Shown: piece by piece, positions 44,632 to 55,572 of the stretch
Position numbering within the stretch: position 1 is the stretch's first letter
Layout: each line of letters begins with the position of its first letter
NCBI GenBank assembly: GCA_963813715.1
Contig: CAWFAK010000002.1
Coordinates: 1-64,000 of the forward strand
Direction of reading: 5' to 3'
Source of the DNA: an uncultured Planctomycetaceae bacterium
Lineage (GTDB): Bacteria > Planctomycetota > Planctomycetia > Planctomycetales > Planctomycetaceae
DNA: 64,000 bases
Position numbers and translations under genes: made by a program
Notes under the pieces: generated by a model
Told to the model about the DNA's origin: nothing
Databases searched by the model: none
Seen by the model: only the letters and a program-made list of their open reading frames with translations

Positions 44632-47052
44632 TCATAACAGCCGCGCGCGGCGACGCAAAATCCACTCGGCCGTCAACAGGCCGGCGAAAACGGCCAGCAC
44701 TTCCCAATGATTCCAGAGCGGAATTCGTTCCCGCGTGCTGAGCGGAATCGGGTGACCGGGGGGAATCCGCGACGGCAGGCTGGCCGCGTCGGCCACGGTC
44801 AAAAAGTCGCCGTGCGTGAGCTGCGCGGTTTGCTCCAATTCGTGGCGGTCGAGGTTGCGACGCAACAGTTCGTCGGAGGCCGCTTCGATGCGGAAGTCGA
44901 CGGCGGGGGCGCTTCGCGGAACGAGGGACTCGCTACCCAGGCGTGATAGACGCCCAAGGGCAGCGACGTCGCCGTCCCCTCGAAGATCGTCGGATGGCCC
45001 GCGCTGCGGTTCAGGGCGACCGTCCGCCGCTCACCGTTCCGCCGTTCGAGCGTCACGCTCACCGCGCTCGTGGTCGCGGGCACAAACCGCTCGTCGAAGA
45101 AGCGGACGCGGAGGTTGGGCGATTCGCCTTGTGAGTAGAGCGAGCGATCGGTGGTCAGCTCGGCCGTGCGGTCGCGGCCTAGCAGGCGCGACCGGCTGAG
45201 ATAGCGGACGGCCCGGCTCCAGAACGGACCGTAATACAGGTCGCCGACGCGGAATCGCCAGCGCCAGAATTCGTCGGTCGTGTGATACACCACTTTGCCG
45301 GCGCCGACCGGCTGCATGACGACGATCGGCACGTCGTTGGTGGCCGCCGGTCCGCGGTGCCAGGTCGCGAAGACTCGCGCGGTGGGCTTGGCGTGGGCGC
45401 TCGGGCCGACCCAGTGCAGGTTCGGCAGCTGTTTCCAGATCTCCAGTGTGGCGGCTTCCGTGTCGGCCATCCGGAAAATCGAAGTTCCTCGCAGACCGTC
45501 GACTGTCAAATCGGGATGAAAGCCTTCGGTGAGGGTCGATTCGTCGACCGGCGCCGGCGTCTCCGACAGGTCCAGCGGCACCAACTCTTCCCAGGGAGTG
45601 CCGCGGTAGGCGCTCGGATTGAATTCGGTGCCGGCAATCATCAACACACCGCCCCCCGAATCGCGGACAAAACTCCGCACCAGCTCCATCGACCAGTTGC
45701 CCAAGAGGGCCGGGTTGAGGTCTCCCAGAATCAACACGTCGTACTGAAAGAGCTCGTCCTTGTTGAGCGGAAAGTGCGAGAGGGCCGTCTGGTCTTCGGA
45801 AGCGTACTCGGGGTCCGACTCCTGCAGGACGGTTTTGACGCTGACCGTCGGATCGCGCTCGAACAGGGCCTTCAGGTACCGAAATTCCCAGCGCGGGCCG
45901 GAGTCGGCCAGCAGCACGCGGATTTTCTCCTTGCGGATGCTGACGTGCCGCGTTTCCCGGTTATTGTCGCGATTGGTTTCGCCCGGCAGCGGCGGGGCTT
46001 CGATCGCCACGTCGAGCTCGCCCGGTTCGGTGGGCACGTAGGCGAGCTCGAAGGGCACCGGCGTGCCGTCGGTCGCCAGGTTGACGCTGCCCTGCGCCAG
46101 CACCCGGCCGCTGTCCCTCTCGGTGAGGCGGACCGGAACGACGGTCGCCCCGAGCCCCTCCCCTTTGATCTTGCCGGAAACAGTGTAGGGATCGCCCACG
46201 AACGCCAGATCTTCGGCCGAAACGTCGTAAAGCTGCACGTCGCGCGAGGGCTGCTCGCTGCCGATGCCGACCGTCTCGACGGGCACGAAGCTGGCGATGG
46301 CCGCTTCGGCAGCGGGCGAGAGCCGATCGGCGTCCCCCGTGCTGGCGACGCCGTCCGAAAAGAGAATGACCGCGGCGGGCGGGCTGCCGCGAAAGTCCTC
46401 CAAGACCTTTCGAAGTGCGGGGCCGGGTCGCGTGCGGCGTGCCTTCGGCTTTAAGGGCTTTGATCGCAGCGATCATTTCCAGGACATCGCCCCCGCCGGC
46501 AAAATCGCGGGTGCCGAGCCGCGTCGCCGTGTCCGAGAAGCGATACAAGCGGAGCTTGTGATGTTCGAGTAATTCGCGGAGGAACTCGCCGTCGTCGCGG
46601 GTGAGGATCGACTGCGTCAGGGCGATCCGCGTTTTGGCCGACTGGTTGGAATCGCGGGCGAGCCGGTCGACGAGTTCGTTCGTGCGATCGTCCGGATAAC
46701 GGTCTTCGAGCCCCATGCTGGCCGAGTCATCAATCATGAGCGCGATGACCGGCAGTCCGATCCGGCCGACCGACAGCGTGAGCTGAAAGAGGCACAGGGC
46801 GGCCAGTGCAATCACGGCCAGCCGCAGCCCGGGCAACAGGGCCTGCATCCGCCGGGAGCCCCGCCCAGCGTCGCGCCGGTAGGCGTACAGCAAATAGACA
46901 ACGAAGAGCCCGCCAACCGTAACGGCCGCCGTGGAGAGCCAGTCGCTGCCCAAGCCGCTGAACTCGAACCGCCAATCGGTCCGCTCCCCCGCCTGGGCCG
47001 GCGGGAGGCCCAGATAGTTTTCGACGAACCGCTGCAGCGCCGATCGAAACAC
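44632..47052 (-). CDS. VWA (MIDAS) plus GATase-like membrane protein (frameshifts ~46440 and ~44910)
   Basis: MIDDSASM, ILFSDG, PRWEFRYLK, YDVLILGD, GGGVLMIAG, FWRWR, C-terminal LLTAEWILRRR. Confidence 0.8.
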
Positions 47053-47134
47053 TCGGCATCCCGCCAGAGAGAGTTTCAGGGCCCGCCGGCGTGCACCGCG
47101 GCACAAAACCGGGCCGAAGGCCTAAAATCAATGT

Positions 47135-48073
47135 ATGTGGGGCGCCGAAGGGGGACAAGGAGCCCCGAAAGCCGCGGAGGGGCCGGTGATCAGCGAAACG
47201 ACCATCAAGAACGTGCTGACGCGGACGACCGGCTTCTTGCGGACGGTGACCTCGCACTCGCTGCAGCCCTATTGCGGCTGCACGTTCGGCCATTCTTTGT
47301 GCGGCGTCGGCTGCTACGTGCGTCATAACGGCCGCCTGCTGAAGGGACGGGACTGGGGCAGTTTTCTCGAAGTCCGCACAAATGCCGCCCAGTCATACCT
47401 CGACAATTACGACGCCGAGGCGGCCTGGGCCCGCCGCCGAGCCGGCCAAAGAGGCGAACCCGGGCGCGACCGACGGGCTGTTTTCGATTTTCTGCTCGAG
47501 TTCGACAGATCCCTTCCTTCCCCAAGAATTCCGCTACGGCATCACCCGCTCGATCCTGGAAGCCATGCTCCGCCGGCCGCCCGACCGGTTGATCCTGCAG
47601 ACGCATTCGCACCGGGTGGCCGAGTACTCGCCGCTGTTGCAGGAAGTGGCCGCCCAGTGCGATCTGCGCGTCCACGTGTCGATCGAAACCGATCACGAGC
47701 GAATTCCCGGCCTGCCGCCCCATTCGAGTTCCGTACAAAATCGCCTGGACGCCTGCCGGCAGATTGCGGGAGGCGGGGCTGCGGACAGTCGTCACCGTCG
47801 CTCCGCTGCTTGCCGATCGGCGACCCCGAGGGATTTTTCGCGAGGATCGCCCAGGTGGCCGATGCGGTGGTGGTCGATCACTTCATCGGCGGAGACGGCT
47901 CGGCCGACGGCGGGCGCACGCTGCGGACGCCGCTGCCCGCCGCGATGCAACAGCTCGCCCCTGAGTCACTCGATCTGGCCTATCGCGACCGGATGGTCGC
48001 CATCGCCCGCCGCCACCTGCCTGGCCGCGTGGGAGTCAACGTGGACGGCTTTGCGGGCCGATACCTAGTTTGA
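47135..48073 (+). CDS. Radical SAM protein, spore-photoproduct-lyase-like family (frameshifts ~47445-47815; start uncertain)
   Basis: LTRTTGFL..HSLQPYCGC, SSSTDPF.PQE, VSIETD, VTVAPLL. Confidence 0.8.
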   Translation: MWGAEGGQGAPKAAEGPVISETTIKNVLTRTTGFLRTVTSHSLQPYCGCTFGHSLCGVGCYVRHNGRLLKGRDWGSFLEVRTNAAQSYLDNYDAEAAWARRRAGQRGEPGRDRRAVFDFLLEFDRSLPSPRIPLRHHPLDPGSHAPPAARPVDPADAFAPGGRVLAAVAGSGRPVRSARPRVDRNRSRANSRPAAPFEFRTKSPGRLPADCGRRGCGQSSPSLRCLPIGDPEGFFARIAQVADAVVVDHFIGGDGSADGGRTLRTPLPAAMQQLAPESLDLAYRDRMVAIARRHLPGRVGVNVDGFAGRYLV

Positions 48074-48318
48074 GGCGTTCAAAAAAACGAGATGCGAGAA
48101 GTCCGACAAAATAGTCGGAGTGAGCGCGTCTCCGGCGATTGTCGCCGTTACAATTTGCCGACGCACCAAAGTCTAGGCCACACGAAGTCCAAGAAGGCGA
48201 GCGAGGCTCGCGGGGGCGATGAACGCCCTCATCTGTCGGCCTCGGTCGGCGCAGACCGGGCGATTTTCTTGGCGGGACCGGGCAAGACGCCTACGGGACG
48301 AAGGGAAAGGCCCAGAAC

Positions 48319-49683
48319 ATGACGAGCATGTTGCTGCTGCCCGAGCTGCGGTCGATGCTGGCCGAGAACGACCGGGAGGGGCTCACGGCGCTGATGACCG
48401 AGCTGCATCCGGCCACCGTCGCCGATTGGACCGAAGGGCTCTCCGTGGAGGAGACCTGGAAAGTCTTCGAGCATGCGGGGATTGACCGGCAGGCGGAGGT
48501 TTTCGGCTTCTTCCCCATCGGCAAGCAGGTGGAGATGGCGACGGCCGAGGGCCGGGTGCGGATGTCGCGGCTGATCGAGGCAATGGCCCACGACGAGCGG
48601 GTCGACCTGCTCCAACGGCTCGATCCCGAAGTCGTGGAGAGCCTGCTGCCACTGGTCGCCAAGGCCGATCGCCAGGACATCCGCACGCTCTTGAGCTATC
48701 CGGAGCACAGCGCCGGCTCCGTCATGACGACCGAGTATGCCACGCTGGCCAGCGACCTGACCGTGAGCGACGCGATTTCCAAGCTGCGGCTGCAGGCGAC
48801 GTCGGCCGAGACGATTTATTACGTCTACGTGGTCGATGCCGAGCGGCATTTGGCCGGCTTCGTGTCACTGCACGACCTGATCCTGGCCCGGCCGACGGCG
48901 CGGGTCGACTCGATCATGCAGAAGGACGTGATTTCGGTGGCCGTCGACGCCGACCGGGAGGACGTGGCCCAGACGATGGCCCGCTACGACTTCCTGGCGA
49001 TTCCCGTCGTCGACTCGGCCCAACGGCTGGTCGGCATCGTCACGCACGACGACGTGATCGACGTCGTCGTCCAGGAGGCGACCGAGGACGCGCTGCGGAT
49101 GGGCGGCGTCGGCACGATGGTCGAGCACTATCTCGACGCGCCCTTCCTCACCATTTGGCGGAAGCGCTCGGTGTGGCTGTCCTGCCTGTTCGTGGCCGAG
49201 CTGTTTACTTTTTCGGCCCTCACCTATTTCGAGGACGCGATCGCCAAGATCATCGCGCTCAGCCTGTTTGTGCCCTTGTGCATTTCGACGGGGGGCAACT
49301 CGGGCTCGCAGGCGGCCACGCTGATCACCCGCGCGATGGCCCTGCGGCAGGTCACGACGGCCGACTGGTGGCGCGTGATCCGTCACGAGCTGCTGTTGGG
49401 AATCGCGCTGGGACTGACGCTGGGGGCGATCGGGTTCGTGCGAGCCTCGCTCACGCCGGCGTCCGTGCTGGGCGGAGCCGACCGCTGGATGCTGGCGCTG
49501 GTGATCTCGCAAGCGGTGGCGTCGATTTGCTTGTGGGGGACGCTGGTGGGGGCGACGCTCCCGCTGGTCTTCTCCAAGCTGGGCTTCGATCCGGGTTACG
49601 CGTCCAGCCCGTTCGTAGCGACGTTCGTCGACGTGACGGGGATCGTGATCTACTTTTCGATTGCCACGGTTTACCTCTTATGA
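48319..49683 (+). CDS. mgtE: Magnesium transporter MgtE
   Basis: [12 protein letters not shown] pair, [25 protein letters not shown]. Confidence 0.96.
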   Translation: MTSMLLLPELRSMLAENDREGLTALMTELHPATVADWTEGLSVEETWKVFEHAGIDRQAEVFGFFPIGKQVEMATAEGRVRMSRLIEAMAHDERVDLLQRLDPEVVESLLPLVAKADRQDIRTLLSYPEHSAGSVMTTEYATLASDLTVSDAISKLRLQATSAETIYYVYVVDAERHLAGFVSLHDLILARPTARVDSIMQKDVISVAVDADREDVAQTMARYDFLAIPVVDSAQRLVGIVTHDDVIDVVVQEATEDALRMGGVGTMVEHYLDAPFLTIWRKRSVWLSCLFVAELFTFSALTYFEDAIAKIIALSLFVPLCISTGGNSGSQAATLITRAMALRQVTTADWWRVIRHELLLGIALGLTLGAIGFVRASLTPASVLGGADRWMLALVISQAVASICLWGTLVGATLPLVFSKLGFDPGYASSPFVATFVDVTGIVIYFSIATVYLL

Positions 49684-49721
49684 TGTGGACGTGAGCGAAG
49701 AACTGGGCCAGGGGGACTGCT

Positions 49722-50396
49722 GTGCGCGATGGCGGGGTGAAGTCGGGAAGTAGAAATCGCAGACTGACCGGTGTACGGACGGCCGGGCTGTGCTTGTTGT
49801 TAGCGGCGCTCGGCGGCTGCGATGCCGGTGATTCTGCGCGGACCGTCGACCCACCGGTGCGGACCGTGGCCCCGGCCGCGAACACTCACACGCGCGGAGC
49901 TTCGACAGACCAAAAACGGCTGCGGACGGGGCCGTTCGAAAAGTCGTTCGACGGAATCAATTTCTCGGTGCCGGCCGGCTGGCAGGAGGTCGAGCTGTCG
50001 GCCGCCCAGCAGGGCTTCATCGATGCTCGCTTTCAAATCCCGACGCCGCACGGCGACGCCACGCTGACCTGCTCGTCGAATTCGGGCGGGATCGAGACCA
50101 ACGTGCAGCGGTGGGTCGGCCAGTTTCATCCGCCGGAAGGCAAGCGGCCCGTGATCGGCGATTTGGATGTCGGCGGCAAGAAGGCCACGTGGGTCGACCT
50201 CGCGGGCGAATTCGACGCCGGTCCGATGGCCGGGGCGAACGCGGCGAAAAGTGGACCGATCGAGCGGATGCTGGGAGTCGCCATTCCGTTGGGCTCCCGC
50301 GATTTTTATCTCAAGCTGACCGGCAGCGACGCGGCCGTCTCCGACATTCGCTCCGCTTTCCGTGAGTTCGCCCGCGACGGCCGACCGACGCACTGA
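49722..50396 (+). CDS. Putative lipoprotein
   Basis: Lipobox LAALGGC; VPAGW, NVQRWVGQF, FYLKLTG. Confidence 0.75.
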   Translation: MRDGGVKSGSRNRRLTGVRTAGLCLLLAALGGCDAGDSARTVDPPVRTVAPAANTHTRGASTDQKRLRTGPFEKSFDGINFSVPAGWQEVELSAAQQGFIDARFQIPTPHGDATLTCSSNSGGIETNVQRWVGQFHPPEGKRPVIGDLDVGGKKATWVDLAGEFDAGPMAGANAAKSGPIERMLGVAIPLGSRDFYLKLTGSDAAVSDIRSAFREFARDGRPTH

Positions 50397-50553
50397 AGCG
50401 AGCGAGTGGTTCGGAACGAGCACGCGCAGCAGCCTCTTATTGGTCGCGGCAGCGCCCCCGGTTCGTCCCTGCCAATCATTTCCAAGCAATCGCGCACAAA
50501 GTAGGCAGCGGGCGACAGCCCCGTTCTCAACTTCACAGCCCGGCCGCAGGAAA

Positions 50554-50862
50554 TTAATTGCGGCGGCTGGAGCGGCAGATGGCGTAGAGGGTGCCGCCGA
50601 TGAGGGCGACGACGATGAGCCAGTCGAGGACGGGCCAGCTGCCCCCTTCGGCTGCCGCCGGTTCGGCCGTGGTTGTCGCCTTTTGGGCCTGAGCGAGGAG
50701 CGGAAGAAAGTCCGCTCCCCAACTCGCGTGGGCCGCGCGGGCGTGCGCGATTGTGGTCGTCAGCAGCACGATCGAGAGCCGGGCCAGCGTGCGGGCGACG
50801 GGCCGCCGGCCGGAGGAGCGAGTTTCAGCGGAGGCGGTTGGGGGAGCCGGTGGTTTCAGCAT
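50554..50862 (-). CDS. Small membrane protein
   Basis: Signal-like N-terminus; C-terminal TM followed by ICRSSRRN; overlaps the HYExAFE gene end. Confidence 0.65.
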   Translation of the reverse strand: MLKPPAPPTASAETRSSGRRPVARTLARLSIVLLTTTIAHARAAHASWGADFLPLLAQAQKATTTAEPAAAEGGSWPVLDWLIVVALIGGTLYAICRSSRRN

Positions 50863-51453
50863 CGCAGCAGCTCCGCGACGGAGATCCGCAGGTCGCGGTA
50901 TTCGCGGCTCGGTACGGAAACGGTCTCCCAGCTTTGCGAGCGGGCGTGCATGGCCGTCTTGTATTCGTCGGCCCAGACGCCGAAGAAGGAGTAGAAGCGG
51001 CCACGAAAAAAGAACGGAGCGGCGTGGCCGCTCGACCTCCGAGCTTCGCCTTCTTTTGCCGCGGCAAGTGCCGCTTCGCTGGCCACGTCATCGGCCGCCA
51101 AGTCATCTGCCGACCCGGCGTCGAGCAGCTCGTAGGCAAAGATCAGCATCGAGCGAAAACCGTCGCCAAAAACTTCTTGCCAGCGGAGCAGGCTGTCGAG
51201 GTCGTCTTTGGTCGCCCAGTTTTCCCATTTGTGGCCCGCCCGCCCGCGATCGGGACCGCAGCCGGAGGGGAAGTGACGGCCTTTGACGTCGACGAGTAGA
51301 TTGTGGCTGCCCGGCGCAGTGACGATGAAATCCATCGACTTGAGCGAGACCTGGTTGAGGCGCGCGCGGCGCCTCGTCGACGACGACGAACGGCACGCCG
51401 ACGTGGCGGAGGTAAGCCTCGAACGCCGCGTCGTAATGGTTGGTCCGCTTCAT
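50856..51453 (-). CDS. HYExAFE-family protein, PD-(D/E)xK-like (frameshift ~51365)
   Basis: MKRTNHYDAAFEAYLR, then MDFIV..LLVDVKGRHFP, WENWATKDD. Confidence 0.8.
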
Positions 51454-51685
51454 TGCCCCGCGCCCGGCTGGCCGCTCAAACACGGCCGCGACATTTGTCC
51501 AGCCGACTCCGGTGGCCATCTTAAAGCACGGGCGGACCTTTTGCGATAGGCCTCTTCTGCGGAATGAGGCAACGTGAGGCGGTGCGAGCTGACTCCGGTT
51601 CGCAGGCCGCAACCAGACCCGGCGCATCCCCGGCGTGATCGGCCGGGGGACGCACGGTCCGGGGAATCGCACGGAGCAGGGTTGG

Positions 51686-52938
51686 TCAGGCGACGCTGAA
51701 ATCGAGGCGCGGCTCGTCCGCGCCTTTTCGCGCCCGATCCTCGGCGGCTTTTGCCTCGTCGACCGTGAGCCGCGGGGCACGCGGGCGGCACGCCTCGAAA
51801 TCCTCGAGCCGATATTCAGGGAGCATCGTGTTGATGCGTTTTTCGATCTCGGTGAGCTGTTCCCCCTGCTCGCGCGTCACGAGGGTGATGGCCCAGCCCT
51901 TCTCGCTCGACGACAACCGCCCGCGCGGCCCACGCGGTGAATGTAATCGTCGCAGAATTCCGGCACGTCGTAGTTGACGATGTGCGAGATGCCGCGGACG
52001 TCGATCCCGCGTCCCACCACGTCGGTGGCCACCAACAGGCGAATCTTCCCGGCGCGGAAGCGGGCCATGACCTGGTCGCGCTTGGCCTGCGGCAAATCGC
52101 CGTTCATCATCGCCACGCCGGGCAGCTTGCCCGAGAAGCGGTGATGCAAGCGTTCGGCCCCGCGCTTGGTGCGGGTGAAGACGAGGGCCTGTTGCGGCCG
52201 CTCGGCCGCCAGGATGCGGACCAGCACGCCGAATTTACGGTCTTCGTCGACCGTCATGTAGTACTGGTCGATCGTGTCGACGACGACTGTGTCGCCCGAC
52301 AAGTCGACCCGCTTCGCGTCGCGCATGTAGCGCTTGGCCAGGCGCTCGACCGGCGGCGGCATCGTCGCCGAGAGCAACAGGGTCTGCCGCTCCGTCGGGC
52401 AGCGACGGAGAATCTTTTCGATGTCCGGGCGAAAGCCGATGTCGAGCATCCGGTCGGCTTCGTCCAGCACCACGATCTTGATCGCGTCCAAATTGAGGGC
52501 CCGCCGATCGATCAAGTCGATGATTCGACCGGGCGTGCCGATGGCAATCTCGACCCCTTTTTGCAGCTCGTTGAGCTGCGGCCTGAGGGGCCGGCCGCCG
52601 ACGAAGACCGCCGTGCGGAATTCGTGGTTAGCCGCCAGCCGATGACATTCGACCGCGACCTGCTCAGACAGCTCGCGGGTGGGGCCCAGCACAATGGCCT
52701 GGGTCCGCGTATCGTTGGGATCGAGCCGTTCGAGAATCGGCAGCACGAAGGCGGCCGTTTTTCCCGTCCCGGTGCGGGCCTGGCCAGTGCAGTCCTGCCC
52801 GGTGATTGCAATCGGAATGAAGGCGGCTTGAATGGGACTCGGCGATTCAAAACCGACAGTACGAATTCTTTCGAGGGTCTTTTCACTCAGGCCCAGGTCG
52901 CTAAAGGCGACGGCGGGCGAACTCAACTCTTGCGACAA
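51686..52938 (-). CDS. DEAD-box RNA helicase (frameshift ~51915)
   Basis: Q motif, ARTGTGKT, PTRELS, GTPGR, LDEADRM, SAT, ATDVVGRGIDV, YIHRVGR. Confidence 0.95.
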
Positions 52939-53126
52939 ATTCTCACCATCCTACGAGCGTCCCTGCGTGACGGGGGTTGCTCCGACGTGTTTCACTCACA
53001 GGCCCTGCCAACCGGACTATCCGGGAGAGCCATCCACGCAAAGTGATCTGGTCGCGTCTCTTGGCCGCCTTTACCCCGCGACCAAATCTCGGCGAGAACG
53101 CCGTGACGCACTCGATTTTCCGCTTA

Positions 53127-53155
53127 AGAATAGGCCAGCAGGCAGGATGCGTCAA
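53127..53155 (-). promoter_or_regulatory. Sigma70-type promoter of the DEAD-box helicase gene
   Basis: TTGACG-17 bp-TATTCT on the minus strand. Confidence 0.65.
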
Positions 53156-53308
53156 CTGGCGTTGATGGATTCACTCGGGACGACCTGAGGTCGCTCGCGA
53201 AACGCGGCCAGATCCGCGGTCAAAACCCTTTGCCAGTCCGTACCTTGCGACCAGTGTTCGGTGCGAACACGGGTAGTAAGGGACCGAGGCTGTCGGGGCG
53301 TGACATTC

Positions 53309-55286
53309 TCAGGGGGTGACCGACGACGGATAGGGCAAATTGAGGTCGGAGGGCTTTTCGCCGTTCTTGCCGGCGCGTTCGCCCAGGATCTTTTTGAGTT
53401 CGGTCTGCCCCAGGCTCTCGTTCTCCAGCAGGGCCCGGGCGAGCCGCTCGAGATCGTCGCGGTGCTCGGAGACCAGGTTGAACGCCCGCTCCTGCGCCGA
53501 CGTCAAAAACCGCTGCACCTCGCGATCGATGACGTGCGCCGTCTCTTCGCTGAACTTGCGCTGCTCGTGGATCTCTTTGCCCAGAAACGGATGTTCTTCC
53601 CCTTGCCGGAAAGCCACCGGGCCGATGACTTCGCTCATGCCCCAGTGGGCCACCATCCGCCGGGCCAGCTGCGTCGCTTGCCGCAGGTCGTCTTCGGCGC
53701 CGGCCGAGTATTCCTCGCAGATCAGCCGCTCGGCCGCGCGGCCGCCCAAAATGAAGGCGAGCTGCGAGTGGAGCCGCTTCTCGCCCGCGTTGTACCGCTC
53801 TTCGTCGGGCACCAGCTGCGTGACGCCGAGCGAACGGCCGCGGGGAATGATCGTCACCTTGTGGATCAAGTCGACGTCGGGCAGGAGCCAGGCCAAGAGC
53901 GCGTGTCCCGCCTCGTGGTAAGCGGTGATTTCCTTTTCCTCGTCGTTGAGGATGTCCTCGCGGAGCGGGCCCAACAGAATCTTGTCGCGGGCGTGCTCGA
54001 AATCTTCCATCTCCACCGCGTTCTTCGAGACGCGGGCGGCGATCAGGGCGGCTTCGTTCACCAGATTCCGCAGGTCGGCCCCGGAAAAGCCGATCGTGCT
54101 CGAGGAAATCGTGTCGAGATTGACGTCGTCGGACAGGGGCACCTTGCGGCAGTGGACCTTGAGGATGGCGGCCCGCCCCTCCCGCGTCGGCCGGTCGATC
54201 GTCACGTGCCGGTCAAAACGACCCGGCCGCAACAAGGCCGGATCGAGCACGTCGGGCCGGTTGGTGGCCGCCAGCACGATCACCGCTTCCGTTTGCTGGA
54301 AGCCGTCCATCTCGCTCAGGATTTGATTGAGCGTTTGTTCGCGTTCGTCGTGTCCGCCGCCAAAGCCGGCGCCCCGCTCGCGTCCGACCGCGTCAATCTC
54401 GTCGACGAACAGGATGCAGGGGGCGTTTTCCTTGGCCGTGCGGAACAGGTCGCGGACGCGGCGACGCTCCCACGCCGACGAACATCTGAATGAACTCGGA
54501 GCCGTTGATCGAGAAGAAAGGGACGCCCGCCTCGCCGGCGACGGCCCGCGCGAGCAGCGTTTTGCCGGTGCCCGGCGGACCCATCAACAGCACGCCCTTG
54601 GGGATCTGCGCGCCGAGCCGCTCGAACTTGCCCGGGTTCTTGAGGAACTCGACGATTTCCTGCAGCTCGATCTTGGCCTGCTCCAGGGCCGCCACGTCCT
54701 CGAACGTGGTCCGCTGCTCGGACGGCTGAAACCGCTTGGCCTGGCTGCGGATGAAGTTGCCCATCATTCCGCCGCCCAGCGGATCCGAGTTCCGCCGCAT
54801 CATATAGATGAGGAAGAAGACCAGAATCACCGAGCCGACGAGCCAGAACAAAGTCTGCTGGGCATAGCTTGGTTCACGGGCCGCATTGTCGACGTCGTGG
54901 ACTTTTTTCCGCAGGTCGTCCCAGAAGGAGCGATCTTTGGCGACCCCTTCCGGCAGGATCGTGTTGAACTCTTCGGTCAGCTTGTCGCCGTTGGGAGTCG
55001 GCGGCGGGGGGATTTTGTTCCAGACGCCGGTCACGTTCTCGCCATACGCCTTGACGCTTTTGACGTTTCCCTTGTCGACCTGCTCCTCAAAGAAGCTATA
55101 CGAGACGCGGGTTCCCGTGTTGCCCGGCCCGCGAAACAGGTAGATGACCGCAATTGCCACCAGCCCCAGCATCAACAGCCAAGGGGCGAACGACATCGAG
55201 CGAGGCGGCTCGTCGAAGCGGCGGCGTGGCGTGGGGCGGCGGGAAGGTGTCGGGTTCGGTCGATTCACCGGCGTCGGCGAGTCCAT
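53309..55286 (-). CDS. ftsH: ATP-dependent zinc metalloprotease FtsH (frameshift ~54465)
   Basis: Two TMs, [40 protein letters not shown]. Confidence 0.96.
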
Positions 55287-55572
55287 GCTCGATCTCAGGA
55301 GGATCCGGTCTAGGCGGCGGTCTTCGCGACGCTACGATACCCCGTCGGTGGCCCCCACGGCCGCAAGATTAACCGAAGGTTAACGGCGGTCTGCTCTGCT
55401 TGGCAACCAAATCTCAGCGGCCAACCTCGGAGCACACGGACGGGCGCCGCCCGGTTCGATCAACCAATTATAGGCAGAAGTGGTTCCTCGAAACCGCCCG
55501 ACGCGTCGCCTGCAGCCGACGACCGGCGGCCAAATCACTCGGACCGTCGGTTCGGAGAGGCGCCGCTGCGCT

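Noticed and set aside
18363..55286. Pseudogenes or programmed frameshifting in thrC, lpxD, flhA, ftsH and others
   Set aside because: Too many unrelated and essential genes are affected, with no shared slippery motif. Sequencing error is more likely.
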